This document shows positions 15,864 through 25,590 of a DNA stretch of 64,000 nt, piece by piece. The notes under the pieces are model-generated. The model worked only from the letters and a program-made list of their open reading frames with translations. It searched no databases and was not told the DNA's origin. The position numbers and the translations under genes were made by a program. Each line of letters opens with the position of its first letter. The first letter of the stretch is position 1. The stretch lies in IMG/VR virus record IMGVR_UViG_3300044740_000023, positions 1 through 64,000 of that record. One strand, given 5' to 3'. The stretch comes from a virus. Taxonomy: Duplodnaviria; Caudoviricetes.

Positions 15864-16304
15864 ATGCGCACGATCAACGCAGTAGACGCGCGCATGATCG
15901 CCATGCGCTATCTCGACATCGAGACTTTCGCGCACTCCGAACGGGTCGCGCTGAACGTCAACGGGCGCAAGGCGTGCGTTGTCGCGTGGCTGCACGATGT
16001 CATCGAGGACGGCACCGCGCCCAACGGCAGCACCATCGACATGCGCGAGCGCCTGATAAGGCGTGGCGTCGAAGGTGAGATTCTGGCCGCTGTCGAACTG
16101 CTCACGCGCGGCGAGGAATCCTACGCCGCGTACATCGACAGGATCGCGAACGCGACAGGCTGCGCGGGCAGGCTCGCGCGTCGCGTCAAGCTGGCCGATC
16201 TCAACGACAACCTCTCTCGTGGCGGCGCAAAGGCCGTCACGCTCCGCGCACGCTACCTACGTGCGCGCAAGAGGCTAAGCAGGGCCGAACCGTGCGCAAG
16301 CTAA
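15864..16304 (+). CDS. HD-domain hydrolase (RelA/SpoT HD, small alarmone hydrolase-like)
   Basis: AWLHDVIED, AVELLT...Y..Y, VKLADLNDN; SD GGAGG. Confidence 0.8.
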   Translation: MRTINAVDARMIAMRYLDIETFAHSERVALNVNGRKACVVAWLHDVIEDGTAPNGSTIDMRERLIRRGVEGEILAAVELLTRGEESYAAYIDRIANATGCAGRLARRVKLADLNDNLSRGGAKAVTLRARYLRARKRLSRAEPCAS

Positions 16305-16407
16305 GGCGCACGATCACGGTCCTGCTCATCCTCGACTTCAGCATCTACCGTCCGTACTTGCGCGAATGGGCGCGCGATATGTGCGGCGTCGAACGAGGAG
16401 GATCACG

Positions 16408-16632
16408 ATGATCTCCGGTACGTACAACAATCCCACGCGCGAGAGATTTCGCGCACGGGTGGCAAGACAATCCGCCGAACGCGATGCAAAGTTGCTCGCA
16501 AGCGCGAGCAAGCGCATCGTGGCCGAACAGGACCCTGCGCATGGGCTGACTTCAGTCGATCCAACAGGATTCCTCGCGGTGGGCATGCTCAGCTACGACC
16601 CACGCACGGACACGCTGGAGCGTGCGGCATGA
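16408..16632 (+). CDS. hypothetical protein
   Basis: SD GAGGAGG; ATGA overlaps. Confidence 0.55.
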   Translation: MISGTYNNPTRERFRARVARQSAERDAKLLASASKRIVAEQDPAHGLTSVDPTGFLAVGMLSYDPRTDTLERAA

Positions 16633-16808
16633 AGAACCTCGCACTCAAGCGCCAACTGGCCGCGTTCGCGCGCGGCTACCAAGTCCGCGTGATCTATCGC
16701 GGCAACGAGTCGATCCACTCGGCAAGCTCGAACAAGCACGCGCGAGAAATCGCAGCGTGGCATGTCAAACGTGGCGCGACAGCGCACGTCGAACTTGTCC
16801 TGAAGTAA
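16629..16808 (+). CDS. hypothetical protein, 59 aa
   Basis: ATGA overlap, clean ORF. Confidence 0.5.
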   Translation: MKNLALKRQLAAFARGYQVRVIYRGNESIHSASSNKHAREIAAWHVKRGATAHVELVLK

Positions 16809-17022
16809 GCCAGACTTCTCGCGCGGTGCCCACATCTGCGCGCTGGCGGACGGTGATCGTGGCAGAGACCCTGCGAACCGCGCGTCCGATCCATACCGTC
16901 CGCCAGACGCGGCAGAACCCACGCCTACTCCGCGAGCGTACTCGACTTTGCGGAGGCAGGTATCATCGACGATAGTTGTGCGCTCACGGGCGCGCACATC
17001 TGCGAACGGAGGCTTTGCCCGA

Positions 17023-17310
17023 ATGCGAACCAACACCGTCTACCTGATCCACGCCGAGCGCGGCATCGCGTGCCGCAAGGGTGCGGGCAAGAGCTTTGCT
17101 CAGCACTATCTCGGCAGCACGAGCGATCTTGAGTCGCGCCTAGCCGAACACGCGAGCGGGCAAGGCAGTCCGCTGATCGACGCTTGGAATCGACTCGGCA
17201 TCGGTTGGTCGGTCAGCCGCACATGGCGCGGCGGTCGCAAGCTGGAGCGCAAGCTGAAACGTCGCAAGAACGCGCGCGGGCTTTGCCCCGCGTGCAAGGA
17301 GGCAGCGTGA
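17023..17310 (+). CDS. GIY-YIG-superfamily nuclease
   Basis: VYLIH...HYLGST.DL..RL.EH, ER.LK, CPAC. Confidence 0.75.
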   Translation: MRTNTVYLIHAERGIACRKGAGKSFAQHYLGSTSDLESRLAEHASGQGSPLIDAWNRLGIGWSVSRTWRGGRKLERKLKRRKNARGLCPACKEAA

Positions 17311-17473
17311 CTTACGAACACAATCCCATCCCACCCGACACGGAGATGCGCAACGGCGCAAGCGTGCCCGACTTGATGACCAAGCTGACGAACGCCATCG
17401 CAGCTAAGGAAGCTGCGACCGGCAAACCCGCGCGCAAGAAGCGCGCACCCGCCAAGAAGGAAGGAGTCAAGGC

Positions 17474-17722
17474 ATGACCACAGAGGCGACACCCGCACGC
17501 GAGCCGACACCGAAGATGCTCAACTTCGTCAAGCGTCTGCTCAACGAACGCGAGTTCACGCCGACCAACGGATTCACGGTCGAGCAAATCATCGAGCAGG
17601 CAGACGCGCTCACGTTCGATGAATGCAAAGCGTGGATCGACACCCTCAAGAAACTGCCCGTGCGCAAGAACGTGAGCGAGCGCAAGCGACAGCTTCGTCA
17701 AGCCATCGTGCCGTTCGCATGA
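17474..17722 (+). CDS. hypothetical protein
   Basis: PT.KM..F...L, W.ID.LK..P pattern; SD AGGAG. Confidence 0.65.
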   Translation: MTTEATPAREPTPKMLNFVKRLLNEREFTPTNGFTVEQIIEQADALTFDECKAWIDTLKKLPVRKNVSERKRQLRQAIVPFA

Positions 17723-17991
17723 CCGATCCGCGCTTGTGTTGCGAGTTTCACCATGACCGACCGGCGACACATCTCGCGCCCCGGCACAAAGGCGGCGACG
17801 TGGATGTGCCGTGCGAATACACACCGATCTGCGCCGAGCACGTCGAGGACTGGCGCGAGGACGTGGACGCAGACGAGGCGCTGCCGATCTTCGACCTGAC
17901 GGCGCTGCTCGAATGGGAGGCGTTTGTGGAGGACGTGCGAATGCGCGGAGCCGAGGGCTTGGAGGCGCTGGAACAGGTGGTGATCGCGTGA
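17719..17991 (+). CDS. hypothetical protein
   Basis: coupled overlaps at both ends. Confidence 0.55.
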   Translation: MTDPRLCCEFHHDRPATHLAPRHKGGDVDVPCEYTPICAEHVEDWREDVDADEALPIFDLTALLEWEAFVEDVRMRGAEGLEALEQVVIA

Positions 17992-19184
17992 TCTCTCCCA
18001 TGCTCGCGCAGGCGTCCGAAGTTGTGCCCACGGACGCCAACAGCGTCATCGAGCCGAAGCTCGACGGTTGGCGTTGCATCTACGCCGAACGTAAGTTGTG
18101 GTCACGCAGCGGCGCGCCGATCACGCAGGTTCCGTACATCGTCGAGGCACTCATGGACTCACCCGAGGGCACGACGCTCGACGGCGAGCTAATCCTGCTC
18201 GATGCGCCACCCGGCGAGCACTTCACGCGCACGTCGAGCATCCTCAAGCGCAATGCTGAGCACCAGCCCACGGACACCGAACCGCGTCTGCACTACGTCA
18301 TCTTCGACCTGCTGCATTGCGAAGAGAACGACCTGCTCACGGCCACGCTCAAGGAGCGGCGGCTGTTCCTGAAGCTCGTCGGCAAGCTCGTCGATGACAG
18401 TCTCGTTCACGTCATTCCCGAACGCGCGGCTGACGAAGGCGCGGAGGAGTTCTACGAACGGTGCTGCGAAGAAGGCTATGAGGGAGTAGTTGCCAAGCGG
18501 CTCGACTCGCTCTACGTGCCCGGCGCGCGCAATGCGGGCTGGACGAAGATCAAGCCAGAACTTGAGATGGACGTAGAGGTGACGGGCACCTACCCGGCTG
18601 ACCCCACGTCCAAGTACCACGGCAAGGCTGTCGGCGGAATCACCTTCCGCACGCCCGAAGGGTACGAAGGTCGCGCGGCGGGCATGGACAATGCACTCCG
18701 CGAAGCACTCTTCCACGACGCGAGCGAATACACGGGCCGGGTCGCGGTTGTCGCTTATCAGAGCGTAGGCGAAGGCGGCGCTCTACGCTTCCCACGATTC
18801 AAGCGCTTCCGCGACCCGGCAGACAAGAGCGTCGCTGACCTGAACGCAAGTCCCACGGCGACGATCTTCGTGCGGCGAGCGGCTGAGGCCGAGGACCGCG
18901 CGCGACAGCTTGAGGAGCAGAACGCTGAGCTACGCAGGCGGCTGGAGGGCGCTGTCAAAGGTGTCGGCGCGACGAACGGCACGAGCGGGCGCAAGCGTGC
19001 GAGCAGCGGGCCGAAAACCCGCAACTACAACGCGATGACCGCCGCGAAGCTGCAAGCGGCCATCGAAGAACTCGAAGGAGGGTACGGCGTGTCCACCGAC
19101 AAGGCGCGCGCGACCGAAGCGAACGGAGGCTGGACCGTGGCACGGCATCTGCAAGAGGCCAAGAAGGTGCGTGCATCGAGATGA
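17988..19184 (+). CDS. lig: ATP-dependent DNA ligase with C-terminal extension
   Basis: EPKLDGWR, LDGEL, FDLL, EGVVAK, WTKIK, LRFPRF. Confidence 0.92.
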   Translation: MISPMLAQASEVVPTDANSVIEPKLDGWRCIYAERKLWSRSGAPITQVPYIVEALMDSPEGTTLDGELILLDAPPGEHFTRTSSILKRNAEHQPTDTEPRLHYVIFDLLHCEENDLLTATLKERRLFLKLVGKLVDDSLVHVIPERAADEGAEEFYERCCEEGYEGVVAKRLDSLYVPGARNAGWTKIKPELEMDVEVTGTYPADPTSKYHGKAVGGITFRTPEGYEGRAAGMDNALREALFHDASEYTGRVAVVAYQSVGEGGALRFPRFKRFRDPADKSVADLNASPTATIFVRRAAEAEDRARQLEEQNAELRRRLEGAVKGVGATNGTSGRKRASSGPKTRNYNAMTAAKLQAAIEELEGGYGVSTDKARATEANGGWTVARHLQEAKKVRASR

Positions 19185-19516
19185 CCGCCAGTCAGGTTCG
19201 TCATCGCTCGTTGACTTCCCTTGTGTACCGACTAATCCCGCTGTCGATCTACATGCGGTGGGCCGACTGGCACTTCAAGCGCGAGCACCCGCACGCCGAG
19301 TACACGGTCGGCTACGTGATGCGCGACGGCAACCCGCACGACATCTCAAGCCACGGCAACAGTTTGCTGTCGGCGCTGCGCGCACGCGAACGCGAGGAGC
19401 GCAAGTACGCGAGCAAGTACGACGATCCGCGACAGGCTCGCTACTGGTGCCATTTCTACATCTACGACCGCGAGGACGAGGAGCGCGGCTACTTCGGAGA
19501 GGAGTCACTTTGCTAA
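19181..19516 (+). CDS. hypothetical protein
   Basis: ATGA overlap, 111 aa. Confidence 0.6.
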   Translation: MTASQVRHRSLTSLVYRLIPLSIYMRWADWHFKREHPHAEYTVGYVMRDGNPHDISSHGNSLLSALRAREREERKYASKYDDPRQARYWCHFYIYDREDEERGYFGEESLC

Positions 19517-19541
19517 TCACCAACACACGGAGGCGCACGTA

Positions 19542-20777
19542 ATGGCTGCGGCCACGAAAGCGAAGCTCACGGCAGTCAAGCCCGAAGCGGGGCTGTTGCC
19601 ACGATTCAAGTCCATCTTTGGCAAGGGTGGGCTGCTCGACCAGCACAACGTCGAGCGCACGGAGGAGATCAACCTGCTCGCGCTCGCGGTCCTCGGCGGC
19701 TGCGACCTGCTGTTCCTCGGAGACCCCGGCGTCGGCAAGTCCTACCTGCTGGAGATGTTCACCGAGCACGGCATGACGAACGCGACCATGTTCGATCACA
19801 TGATCTTCAAGGAAGCGGGCGCGGACGAACTCATCGGCATTCGTTCGGTGAAAGCGTTGCAGGAAGATAAGATTCGGCGGATCGTCGAAGGCACGCTCTG
19901 CGAGGCGGACACCGCGCTGCTCGACGAGATTTTCAAGGGATCGGCAAGCGTGCTGAACGCGCTGCTGGACCTGTTCGCGAAACGGGTCATCAAGGTCGGT
20001 GGCAAACCCATCGACTGCAAACAGCTAATCACGATCCTCATGGCGTCGAACGAGCTTCCCGACCGCGAGGACCTGATGCCGTTCCGCAACCGCATCGACA
20101 TGACGACCATCGTGCGCCCGGTGCAGACGCCAGACGGTCGCAAGAAAGTCCGGCAGATTCAACTCGGCCAGATGCAGAACGGCGTCACGTTCGCGGGCGA
20201 ACCGCTCACGCTCGAAGAGATACACACGGCGCGCGCGGAGGTCGAAGCTATCGACCTGCCTGAGCCGGTGGGCGAGATGCTCGACGACGCGCAACAGAAG
20301 TGCATGGAAAGCGGCTGGATTGTCAGTCAGCGGCGCATGAAGAACGTCTACAAAGTGGTCAAAGCGAACGCTTGGCTCGCGGGGCGCAAGGAATGCGCTG
20401 CGGACGATCTCCTGCCCGTCCAACACATGCTGTGGGACCTGCTCGACCACCGCGACGCGGCGCGTTCGATCATCCTCGAATACGCGAGCAAGTTCACGCG
20501 CAAGGCCGAGCGGCTGCGCCAGTCCCTTGAGCCGGTGCTCAAGAGCATGGACGACCTGAAGGCCAAGATCAACGAAGAGGGCGGCACGCCCTCGCAGGAC
20601 ACCATCGAGGAGGGCATGAAGCTCCTCGGCACGCTGCGAGGCGTCGGGCGCGAAGCCAAGGCGCAGATCGCGGAAGGTGACAAGCAGGGACAGGACACGA
20701 GCATTCAGAAGGACCTTCTGTCCGAGATCGAGCAGGCGAACGAATGGGCCGAGCACGCCCTGATCGGAGAGTTGTAG
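19542..20777 (+). CDS. MoxR/RavA-like AAA+ ATPase
   Basis: GDPGVGKS Walker A, LLDEIFK Walker B, ASNELP, RID. Confidence 0.9.
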   Translation: MAAATKAKLTAVKPEAGLLPRFKSIFGKGGLLDQHNVERTEEINLLALAVLGGCDLLFLGDPGVGKSYLLEMFTEHGMTNATMFDHMIFKEAGADELIGIRSVKALQEDKIRRIVEGTLCEADTALLDEIFKGSASVLNALLDLFAKRVIKVGGKPIDCKQLITILMASNELPDREDLMPFRNRIDMTTIVRPVQTPDGRKKVRQIQLGQMQNGVTFAGEPLTLEEIHTARAEVEAIDLPEPVGEMLDDAQQKCMESGWIVSQRRMKNVYKVVKANAWLAGRKECAADDLLPVQHMLWDLLDHRDAARSIILEYASKFTRKAERLRQSLEPVLKSMDDLKAKINEEGGTPSQDTIEEGMKLLGTLRGVGREAKAQIAEGDKQGQDTSIQKDLLSEIEQANEWAEHALIGEL

Positions 20778-22538
20778 ATGATGATGGTGAACACACTCCA
20801 AGCGCTCCTCGGGCGCGAAGCGTCCGAGCGCGTCTTTGAGCCGGACCTGCCGAAGTCTGTCGTCACTCACACGAGTCTCGATGACTTGGCTCTCGGCAAC
20901 CTGCTCGAAGATTCGGTGCGCTTCCGCGAGGTCACGAGCGAGGCACCGAAGGTGCCCGCAGACGTGCCCGAGCCGGACCCAATCGACATCACCACGGCGA
21001 GTCGCGAAGAGATCGCGGCTTATCAAGAGCAGTCCCGCGCAGCGCGCGCGGCGAAGGAAGAAGCCGCCGAGTATGGCGGATGGGGCGACCTGCGTGACGA
21101 CATGTTCCGCATGCTGCACACGCACGACGCACCCGAGCTAGAGGATGAGGTGGACGCGAGCCGCGAGTTGAACAAGCGGATCATGGCGAAGTTCCACCCG
21201 CTCGACGAGATCGCGGAGATGCGCAACATCACCCGCGACGATCCGACTGCGGCAGGCATCGGCACGATGGCGCTCACGCGCCGACTGCGCGAGACCTGCG
21301 AGGAGTCGCTGGTCGAGCAGATGCGCGAGTCCGACGAACTGGAGAAAGCGCGCAAAGAAGCGGAAGAGCACGAAATCGAAATCGAGAACATCGTGCCCGG
21401 TGGCATCCCCGGTCCCGAAGGCGAAGGCGGTCAGCCGCAAGGCACGACCGCGACTGCCGGTGGCGAAGGCGGTGGAACGCCCGCGCCGGTCAAGCTCAGC
21501 CAGAAAGCGAAGGAACAGTTGGCCGAACTTGAATCGAAGCGTGACGCGGCCCGTGAACGCGCAGAAGAACTCGCCAACCACCCGACGCCGATGGGACGCG
21601 ACGCGCTCGAAGGCATCGAAGATGCGGCCAAGGCCGGTCAGGAAGCTGCGGAAGCGGCGAAGGGCGTGCCGCGATTCGGCGCAGGCATCGGCAAAGGCGA
21701 GCCGACGTACACGTCACCCGAGCAGGCGCTCAGCATCGCGGAACGGTGGGCCAACGATCCCGACCTGCGCGCGATGGCGGAACTGTTCGGCAGGCTCGAC
21801 AAGGACATCCGCTTCAAGCGCTCCAAGCGTGTCGTCGGAGGTAACGACGAAATCGTGGACGTGCGGTTGGGCGACGACCTGCGGCGCACGCTGCCCAACG
21901 AGCTATCGCAGCTTGCGGCAGGCGGCGCGGCTGCGGACGACTTCTACTCGCGCTTCGTGAGCAAAGAGGTCATGGAGTACCAGACCGTAGGCGAAGAGCA
22001 CGCCGGTCGCGGCCCGATTCTCATGGTCCTCGACGGCTCCGGCTCGATGCACGGCGACCGCAACGTGTGGGCGCGAGCCGTGGCGATGTGTCTGCTGCAC
22101 ATCGCGCGACTGGAGCGGCGCGACTTCGCGCTGGTCGAGTTCTCTGGCGGGCACCAGACCGAAGAGTGGCACTTCAAGGCCACCGACCCGATGCCCGGTC
22201 AGCGCGTGCTCGACATGGCATCGCACTTCTTCGGAGGCGGCACCGTGCCGCTCCTCGGCATCGAGCGTGCGAAGAAGATCATGGCCGAAGCGCCCGCGTT
22301 CAACAAGGCGGACATCGTGCTCGTTGGCGATGGTGAATCCGGCTTCGGTCCCGAAGATGAGCGACTACGCTCAGAGCTTACGTCGATGGGCGTGCGCATC
22401 TTCGGAATCTGCGTCGGCGGCTCGTGGGACTACATCACGAAATACTGCGAGCCAGACGGACATGTCGTGGACGTTCACGACTTCAACCTACAAGACCCAA
22501 GCGCGGCGACCGCCGAGCTTGCGACCCACATCACTTGA
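20778..22538 (+). CDS. VWA-domain protein (ViaA-like partner)
   Basis: DGSGSM MIDAS motif, GGT, VGDG. Confidence 0.9.
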   Translation: MMMVNTLQALLGREASERVFEPDLPKSVVTHTSLDDLALGNLLEDSVRFREVTSEAPKVPADVPEPDPIDITTASREEIAAYQEQSRAARAAKEEAAEYGGWGDLRDDMFRMLHTHDAPELEDEVDASRELNKRIMAKFHPLDEIAEMRNITRDDPTAAGIGTMALTRRLRETCEESLVEQMRESDELEKARKEAEEHEIEIENIVPGGIPGPEGEGGQPQGTTATAGGEGGGTPAPVKLSQKAKEQLAELESKRDAARERAEELANHPTPMGRDALEGIEDAAKAGQEAAEAAKGVPRFGAGIGKGEPTYTSPEQALSIAERWANDPDLRAMAELFGRLDKDIRFKRSKRVVGGNDEIVDVRLGDDLRRTLPNELSQLAAGGAAADDFYSRFVSKEVMEYQTVGEEHAGRGPILMVLDGSGSMHGDRNVWARAVAMCLLHIARLERRDFALVEFSGGHQTEEWHFKATDPMPGQRVLDMASHFFGGGTVPLLGIERAKKIMAEAPAFNKADIVLVGDGESGFGPEDERLRSELTSMGVRIFGICVGGSWDYITKYCEPDGHVVDVHDFNLQDPSAATAELATHIT

Positions 22539-22658
22539 ACGTGTGTGTGCGTTCATCGGGCGGCTGGAGGCACGGTCCTCGCGGCGACCGCCGAGCTTGC
22601 GACCCACATCACTTGAACGTGTGTGTGCGTTCATCGGGCGGCTGGAGGCACGGTCCTC
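22503..22658 (+). repeat. 78-bp perfect tandem duplication
   Basis: 22503-22580 identical to 22581-22658; hairpin GGGCGGCTGGAGG/CCTCCAGCCGCCC completed only in second copy. Confidence 0.95.
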
Positions 22659-22695
22659 CAGCCGCCCATAACAGGACTCAAGTCAAGGAAAGGAC

Positions 22696-23703
22696 ATGAC
22701 GACTCACACTCCCGGCCCGCTCACGGACATGGTTGCCGTCAGCGGCAAGTCCGGCGTCAAGCCGTTGGGCTACATCGTGTGGTTCAGCGTGCCCGACAAG
22801 CCGGTACGACTCACGCATCTCAAGAAGTGTTGGGCGCTTGTCGGTGGACTGGACCCGAAAGTCCTTCCGCCCGATCCGCGCCCGCTGTACCTCTTCAAGC
22901 GTGCGATGCGCGCTCAGGAGGGCAAGATTCGCAACGACGACGGCACGGTCACGGAGACCGACGTGAAGCCGATCAGCGAGGACCACGACATCTGCGACTA
23001 CCAGATCAGTCGCGTGACTCGTGACACGGCGAAACGTCAGGTGGACTACCCGAAGGCGATGCGCGTCACGTTCGACAAGCACAACGTCAACGACCCGCTC
23101 ACGTTCTCCCCGTTCAAGGAAACTCCGCTGTCCGACATCCTGCCGATGCAGGAGAGCATCGAACAGTATTACGAGCAGAACGGCAAGATGATCGACGGGC
23201 GCAAAGTGCGCACGATGGTCCGCGAGTTCATCCGCGACGACGACAACCGCGCCGACCAGAAGGACGGCACGACCGGGCTGAGCGGCGAGAACCTGCGAGG
23301 CAAGGGCGGCGGCGTGTACTTCGTGCTGGAGAAGTACAAGGACAAGCTCGACGGTCTGGCGGAAGCGCTGCACGAGCTTCACCCGGATGGTTCGGCGTAT
23401 CTCTACATGGTCCCGCTGGCGGACGGCGCGAGCGAGCGCGAGCTTGTGCGGCGTCACCACGTCAACAACACCGTGAAAGAGATGCAGGAAGCGATGGCGG
23501 ACGTTGGTGCGCTGCTGCGCGAAGATCGCAAGCAGGCCGTGCGCTCCGACCACGCGGCGTTCCATTGGCAGCGGTTGCAGGCGCTCCGCAGACGTGCTGC
23601 GGAGTACAACGCGCTGCTGGAGGAGGAGCAGGAGGACGTGACTCAGATGTCCGCGATGCTGGAGAAACAGCTTCGCAAGCTCCCCGGCGCGGTGGCGGCA
23701 TGA
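22696..23703 (+). CDS. conserved protein of AAA/VWA loci (DUF6744-like)
   Basis: LGYIVWFSV, FKRA, GGGVYFV; SD GGAAAGG; family name from memory. Confidence 0.55.
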   Translation: MTTHTPGPLTDMVAVSGKSGVKPLGYIVWFSVPDKPVRLTHLKKCWALVGGLDPKVLPPDPRPLYLFKRAMRAQEGKIRNDDGTVTETDVKPISEDHDICDYQISRVTRDTAKRQVDYPKAMRVTFDKHNVNDPLTFSPFKETPLSDILPMQESIEQYYEQNGKMIDGRKVRTMVREFIRDDDNRADQKDGTTGLSGENLRGKGGGVYFVLEKYKDKLDGLAEALHELHPDGSAYLYMVPLADGASERELVRRHHVNNTVKEMQEAMADVGALLREDRKQAVRSDHAAFHWQRLQALRRRAAEYNALLEEEQEDVTQMSAMLEKQLRKLPGAVAA

Positions 23704-23891
23704 GCCGTCGCCGCGTTGGATGGCAGGTCCCACGCACTCGTCCTATCGAGATTGAGTGCCCGCATTGCAAGGCCAAGCCGCTGCACCCATGCAAGACAGC
23801 GAGCGGCTGGCCCATTCGCGGCTACCACCAGAGGCGCAAGCACGAGGCCGCGTTCATCAACTACCTCGACGTAAAGGGAGGATTCCGCTGA
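23700..23891 (+). CDS. zinc-finger protein
   Basis: CPHCKA....PC.....YH..R. Confidence 0.65.
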   Translation: MSRRRVGWQVPRTRPIEIECPHCKAKPLHPCKTASGWPIRGYHQRRKHEAAFINYLDVKGGFR

Positions 23892-24337
23892 TGGCGGTAC
23901 GAGTGAAGATCAGACGACTGAAGTTGCTGCAACTGCTGGAACAGGCCAAGCAGCGCAAAATCGCGGCACATGAGAAGCACATCGAGAAGTACAACGAGGC
24001 GCTCGCGAAAGCGCGCACAGAAATCGTCAAGGAGCTTCGCGCCAAGGCCGACGCAATCGAGGCTGGCGAGGATGTCTACCTTCGCAACGAATCGCGGGAT
24101 AAGGAACAACGCCCGCGCAAGGGACAGCGCTACGGCAGAACTGTCTACGTCAACATGCTCTGCTTCGACTCGAAGATCACGGTCCCGCGCAAGCCGGAAC
24201 GCAACGACAGCGAGATACACGAGATCGAGCGCTGCATCAAGCTGCTCGACGCGAGCGAAGAGGACACGATCACGGTCGGTGAGACCGACCTGCGCACCTA
24301 CGGCATCGGCTCCGCGCTCGCGCTGGAGGACGACTAG
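23891..24337 (+). CDS. hypothetical coiled-coil protein
   Basis: 148 aa coupled ORF. Confidence 0.65.
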   Translation: MAVRVKIRRLKLLQLLEQAKQRKIAAHEKHIEKYNEALAKARTEIVKELRAKADAIEAGEDVYLRNESRDKEQRPRKGQRYGRTVYVNMLCFDSKITVPRKPERNDSEIHEIERCIKLLDASEEDTITVGETDLRTYGIGSALALEDD

Positions 24338-24537
24338 GTGCCGCGCAAAGCAGGCTACGTCTACGTCGAAGTCGATTGGGAGCTTGACGGCCACTCGATG
24401 CGAAGCGCAGGCGTGACACGGATCGTCGGCATTCCCATCGACGAGTTCAACGACAGGTTCAACGAGCCGCCCGAGGAGTGGGTCGCTGACTGGCTCAGCG
24501 ACGAGCTTGGCTGGCTCGTCAAGGGATGGAGTTTCGC

Positions 24538-25590
24538 ATGACCAGTACGTTCGCGGACATCGAGCGGTCGCTACGACAGCCGCCGCCGATGTCCGAAGCA
24601 CCTACGCTCGCGCCGCTCAATCTGGATGAGCGCAGCGGCAACGAGCTTCGCCCGGCGACCTTCGATGAGATGGTCGGGCAGACACGACTCAAGTCGCTTC
24701 TACAGCGCGTGGTCTCGGTCGCCAAGACGACCGGCAAACCGCTCGACCACATGCTGCTTGTCGGCAGCGCTGGCACCGGCAAGACCACCTTCGCGCTCGT
24801 GATCGCGCATGAACTCGGGACGCGCGTGTTCATGCTCAAAGCGCCCGTCGCGTTCAACATGTTCGAGGCGCTGGCGCAGGCGGCGCGACCCGGCGACGTG
24901 TGCGTGATCGACGAGATTCATCTCCAATGTTCTGGTGATCGTCGCGGACTCACCCAAGCTGCGGACCCCGAGGTTTTCTACCACGTCCTTGAGGACAAGC
25001 GACTCATGGCCGAGAGCACGATGATCCCATTCCCCGACGTGACCTTCATCGGCTGCACAACTGACGCCGGACTCCTGCCAGAGCCGTTTCTGGACAGGTT
25101 CCCGCTCCAGCCGCAGCTTGACGAGTACACCGACGAGGAGATGGCGGTGCTGGCGAAGGCGAATGCCCGCTGGCTCGACATGCAGATCGACGACAGCGCG
25201 GCGCTGGTGTTCGCGCGCGCGAGTAGAGATGTGCCACGGCAGATCAACACCTACGTCCGCAACGCCCGGTCGCTCAACGTCGGCAGCATCGACGAGTGGG
25301 TGGCGAAGGAGATCGTCTGCTCGCTGAACAGCACGACTCTCGACGGGCTAACACGGGACATGCAGTTGATGTTGAAGTTCCTGCTGGCGTGCCGACGCGA
25401 AGATGCGAAAGGCAACGTCCGCTACCAGAGCGGTGTGAACAGCATCGCTACGGCGCTCGGCAAGTCGCGCGACTCGAAGGCGGTCGCGCTCTACGTCGAG
25501 CCGTATCTCATCAAGGCGGGCTACGTCATCGTCACGCACGGTGGCCGCGCGCTCACGGACAGAGGCAGAGAAAGGGCAGAACAGCTATGA
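24538..25590 (+). CDS. ruvB: RuvB-like Holliday junction branch-migration ATPase
   Basis: LRP..FDEMVGQ, LDHMLL.GSAGTGKTT, IDEIH, IG.TT..G.L..P..DRF, PR, LDGL, EPYLI..G....T..GR. Confidence 0.88.
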   Translation: MTSTFADIERSLRQPPPMSEAPTLAPLNLDERSGNELRPATFDEMVGQTRLKSLLQRVVSVAKTTGKPLDHMLLVGSAGTGKTTFALVIAHELGTRVFMLKAPVAFNMFEALAQAARPGDVCVIDEIHLQCSGDRRGLTQAADPEVFYHVLEDKRLMAESTMIPFPDVTFIGCTTDAGLLPEPFLDRFPLQPQLDEYTDEEMAVLAKANARWLDMQIDDSAALVFARASRDVPRQINTYVRNARSLNVGSIDEWVAKEIVCSLNSTTLDGLTRDMQLMLKFLLACRREDAKGNVRYQSGVNSIATALGKSRDSKAVALYVEPYLIKAGYVIVTHGGRALTDRGRERAEQL

